DNA of 64,000 nt from positions 629,458 through 693,457 of the forward strand of contig CBDDBZ010000039.1 in the NCBI GenBank assembly GCA_965225945.1. The letters are read 5' to 3'. Of this stretch, positions 61,557 through 64,000 are shown piece after piece. The notes below the pieces were generated by a model, which ran no database searches, had not been told where the DNA came from, and saw only the letters and a program-made list of their open reading frames with translations. Numbering within the stretch: the first letter of the stretch is position 1; each line of letters begins with the position of its first letter. The position numbers were made by a program, and so were the translations under genes. The stretch comes from Alphaproteobacteria bacterium. GTDB lineage: Bacteria > Pseudomonadota > Alphaproteobacteria > GCA-2731375.

Positions 61557-63054
61557 GGCCGACCCCCCTCAAGCGGTCGTAGCGGGTGCAATCGGCCACC
61601 GGCTCAAAGCGAAGACGCAGGTTCGCGGGCGTCGGGATCGGCGCCGTCTCGGACGGCTGGCGCCGACGATTGAGGATGTTGAGCACGACGTCGGCGCTGC
61701 ACACGCCGCCAGCGAGCGCCTCGGCACAGGCGGCCTCCACCGCCGCCAGCCCATCCGCCAGCACGGCGGTGAGGATCTCGACCATCTGCCTGTCGCCGTC
61801 GTCGTGGCCGGCGAGCCGGACGCGCACGCGACCCAGGGCGCCGGGCAGCGCCCAGTCCTTGAACGGCGCGCCGTTACGAAGCGCACCGGGCTTCCTCGCC
61901 AGCACGGGCACGTAGTGCCACGGGTCATAGACGGTCTGGTCGCGGCCGAAGCGCCGGGCATGCTCGGCGACGATCTCGCCGTCCTGGCGGATGACGATGC
62001 GATCGGCGTAGGCATGGACCTCGACCGGACGGCCGACGGCGCGCGCCGCCACGCTGTACTTGTTGCTGTCGAAGCGCACCAGGCAGGTCTTCGACACCGA
62101 CGCCGGGACCGCGTGGAAGCCGTCGAACGGCCCGCGATAGCCGACCAGGGACGGACGCTCGTCCTCGAACACCTGCCAGACAGTCCTGTCCTTGAACACC
62201 GGGTGGGGATGACGCCGGGCGTAGGCGACGCACTGGTCCAAGAGCCAGGCGTTGAGTTCGTCGTAGGTCTTGAAGCGCAGCCGCGGGGTGAAGAACCGAC
62301 CGCGGATGATCCCGACCTGGTTCTCGACCTGCCCCTTCTCCCATCCCGCTCCCGGCGTGCATGCTGTCGGTTCGACCAGGTAGTGGCCACACATCTGCAC
62401 GAAGCGCCGGTTGAACGCGCGCTCCTTGCCGATGAGGACGGTCTGCACCGCCGTCTTCATGTTGTCGTAGATGCCTCGCCGGCAGGCACCCTGGAACAGC
62501 CGGAATGCCCGGTCGTGGGCGTCGAACACCATCTCCTGGCTCTCGCGCGGATAAGCGCGGACGAAGAACATTCGGCTGTGGCACAGCCGGACGTGCGCGA
62601 CCTTGACCTTGGTCGTCACCCCCGCCAGCACCACGTACTCGTGGCTCCAGTCGAACTGATAGGCCTCGCCCGGCGAGAACACCAACGGCACATAGGTCTG
62701 CGCCGTCGATGCCGAACGGCGCCACCGCCACGCCTTGGCGTAGCGCCGCACCGCGTCGTAGCCGCCGCCATAGCCCAGACCCTCGAGGGCTTCGGAGATC
62801 CGTAGCAGCGTCAGCCGCTCCCGCTTCGACTTGGTCTCGTTGGCCTCCAGCATCCGCTCCAGCTCGGCCGTCCACGGCCCCAGCTTCGGCATCGGCTGGA
62901 CCCGCCGGTCGTAGGTGAACGCCGTCGCCTGCGAACGGATCACCTTGCGCACCGTGTTGCCCGAGACCTTCACGTCCCGCACGATCTCCTTGATCGGCTT
63001 CCCCTTGACGAAATATTCCCGCCGGATCCGCGCTATCGTCTCCACGACCAACAT
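61543..63054 (-). CDS. istA: IS21 transposase IstA
   Basis: HTH, QFDW, YDNMKT, KGQVEN. Confidence 0.96.
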   Translation of the reverse strand: MLVVETIARIRREYFVKGKPIKEIVRDVKVSGNTVRKVIRSQATAFTYDRRVQPMPKLGPWTAELERMLEANETKSKRERLTLLRISEALEGLGYGGGYDAVRRYAKAWRWRRSASTAQTYVPLVFSPGEAYQFDWSHEYVVLAGVTTKVKVAHVRLCHSRMFFVRAYPRESQEMVFDAHDRAFRLFQGACRRGIYDNMKTAVQTVLIGKERAFNRRFVQMCGHYLVEPTACTPGAGWEKGQVENQVGIIRGRFFTPRLRFKTYDELNAWLLDQCVAYARRHPHPVFKDRTVWQVFEDERPSLVGYRGPFDGFHAVPASVSKTCLVRFDSNKYSVAARAVGRPVEVHAYADRIVIRQDGEIVAEHARRFGRDQTVYDPWHYVPVLARKPGALRNGAPFKDWALPGALGRVRVRLAGHDDGDRQMVEILTAVLADGLAAVEAACAEALAGGVCSADVVLNILNRRRQPSETAPIPTPANLRLRFEPVADCTRYDRLRGVGHGAP

Positions 63055-63169
63055 CCCCCACCACCTCGTCCGCCCAAAAACGAGGTGACTTGGACTAGCC
63101 AGGCTCAGGGGGTCAAATTTGGACGCCGATCACCCCTCAACAGGGGTCAACTTTGCACGCCGTTCCACA

Positions 63170-63589
63170 ATCGGTGTCCACGTCGTCGTCGCCAACGGCG
63201 TAGTGGGCGCGGAACTGCTCCCATGTGGTGTCGACGGACAGGCCGACATGGCGGAAGAACGAGCCATCGACTTCGTTGGCCTCATCGTCGTACAGGCCAT
63301 GAACCAAGTCGATGTGTTGGCCCTTGGCGTGCTCGGCCCGCACCACTTCGATGAGCCCGTCGATCGAGGCATCGTCCGCCGGGCTCCCCAACATGGCGAA
63401 CATCTTCGCGAAGGCGATCTTCGCGGCCTCGATGTTGCCGGCGATGACGTGCTCGATCCCCCTGAGCTGCAGGGCCTCGGCTTCCTGTGCCATCGTTGTC
63501 TCCTTGGGCTTCGTCTTGCTGCCCTTCGGCCGGCCGGCGGGGTTGCCGGATCGGCCTCTCTGGAATGGTTTGCCTCGTGCTTTGGTCAT
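63170..63589 (-). pseudogene. DUF5681-like protein, 3' end cut by IS21
   Basis: N-terminal KPFQRGRSGNPAGRPKGSK; the frame runs into the IS21 end. Confidence 0.65.
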
Positions 63590-63604
63590 GGTTTCCGCCT
63601 CTTT

Positions 63605-63826
63605 TTAGGTGTCCGGATTGTCTGGGTCATTGGTCGCGCTCTGCCGGCGCCTGGCCCAGGGGTTTCGCGGCCCCCGGCGCCGGGCTCGGCTCTTCGCCGC
63701 CTCCAAGGCTCGCGCCTCGTCAGACTCTTGGTCGATGAGCGCGAACATCGCCGCCAGCTCCACCGGGTCGTGCTCGCCCCCGGCGCCCTTGCGGCGGGAG
63801 CGGCGAGATGTGATGTCGTCGGTCAT
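63605..63826 (-). CDS. Small hypothetical protein
   Basis: ATG overlaps the upstream TGA (TGATG); co-oriented with both neighbours. Confidence 0.5.
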   Translation of the reverse strand: MTDDITSRRSRRKGAGGEHDPVELAAMFALIDQESDEARALEAAKSRARRRGPRNPWARRRQSATNDPDNPDT

Positions 63827-63999
63827 CAGCCGGGCTCGGCGCTCGCCTGCTCGGCCGCGACAGTGCGGAGGCGATCGCGGATGGCCGCGCGGATGAACTC
63901 CGGAGCCGTCTGGCCTTCCTGGTGGGCGGCTTGGCGGACCGCGTCCTGAAAACCCGGAGGGGCCATGGGGCTGATATGCTCGACAAACAGCGGCTCAGG
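63826..63999 (-). CDS. Ribbon-helix-helix (CopG-like) DNA-binding protein, 5'-partial (not in the ORF track)
   Basis: Manual translation ..PLFVEHISPMAPPGFQDAVRQAAHQEGQTAPEFIRAAIRDRL.. Confidence 0.6.
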   Translation of the reverse strand, partial: PEPLFVEHISPMAPPGFQDAVRQAAHQEGQTAPEFIRAAIRDRLRTVAAEQASAEPG

Positions 64000-64000
64000 C

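Larger units (their letters stand above)
60625..63169 (-). mobile_element. IS21-family element, ~2.55 kb, no target duplication visible
   Basis: Ends TGTCAATCGGCGTTGAACATTGACCCC and (reverse complement) TGTGGAACGGCGTGCAAAGTTGACCCC with internal repeated boxes; contains istA-istB. Confidence 0.93.

Overview
GC-rich alphaproteobacterial chromosome, probably Rhodospirillales-like (inferred from gene order and protein style). 1-7 kb: MscS channel, SAM-cyclase-STAND-TPR protein, M20 amidohydrolase, SDR, and a candidate sigma54-driven structured sRNA (7228-7360). 7.5-27 kb: minus-strand housekeeping block pyrB-pyrC'-plsY-dprA-topA-rnr-2xNUDIX-MFS-rpmG-TraR/DksA-Trm112-ccmCDE-[2-hydroxyacid dehydrogenase]-ccmFGHI. 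27-41.6 kb: accessory metabolism (cyclase, MntA-HepT toxin-antitoxin pair, kynurenine-formamidase-like cyclase, hydrolase-methyltransferase fusion, three hydantoinase B plus one hydantoinase A, GST, MBL hydrolase). 41.7-53.5 kb: a co-oriented four-gene defence-type locus (type III-like Res, Mod, a nucleoside deoxyribosyltransferase/TIR-like protein, a RelE-like-UvrD helicase) in which every gene appears damaged; Mod carries an IS66, an IS1595 and a 34-bp frameshifting duplication. 53.5-64 kb: IS630-split J-domain gene, ThuA/LLM/paired acyl-CoA dehydrogenase cluster, truncated IS630, IS21, and the start of a mobile-element-like RHH/DUF5681 operon. Calls come from reading motifs only; no database searches were run, and comparisons to homologues are from memory.
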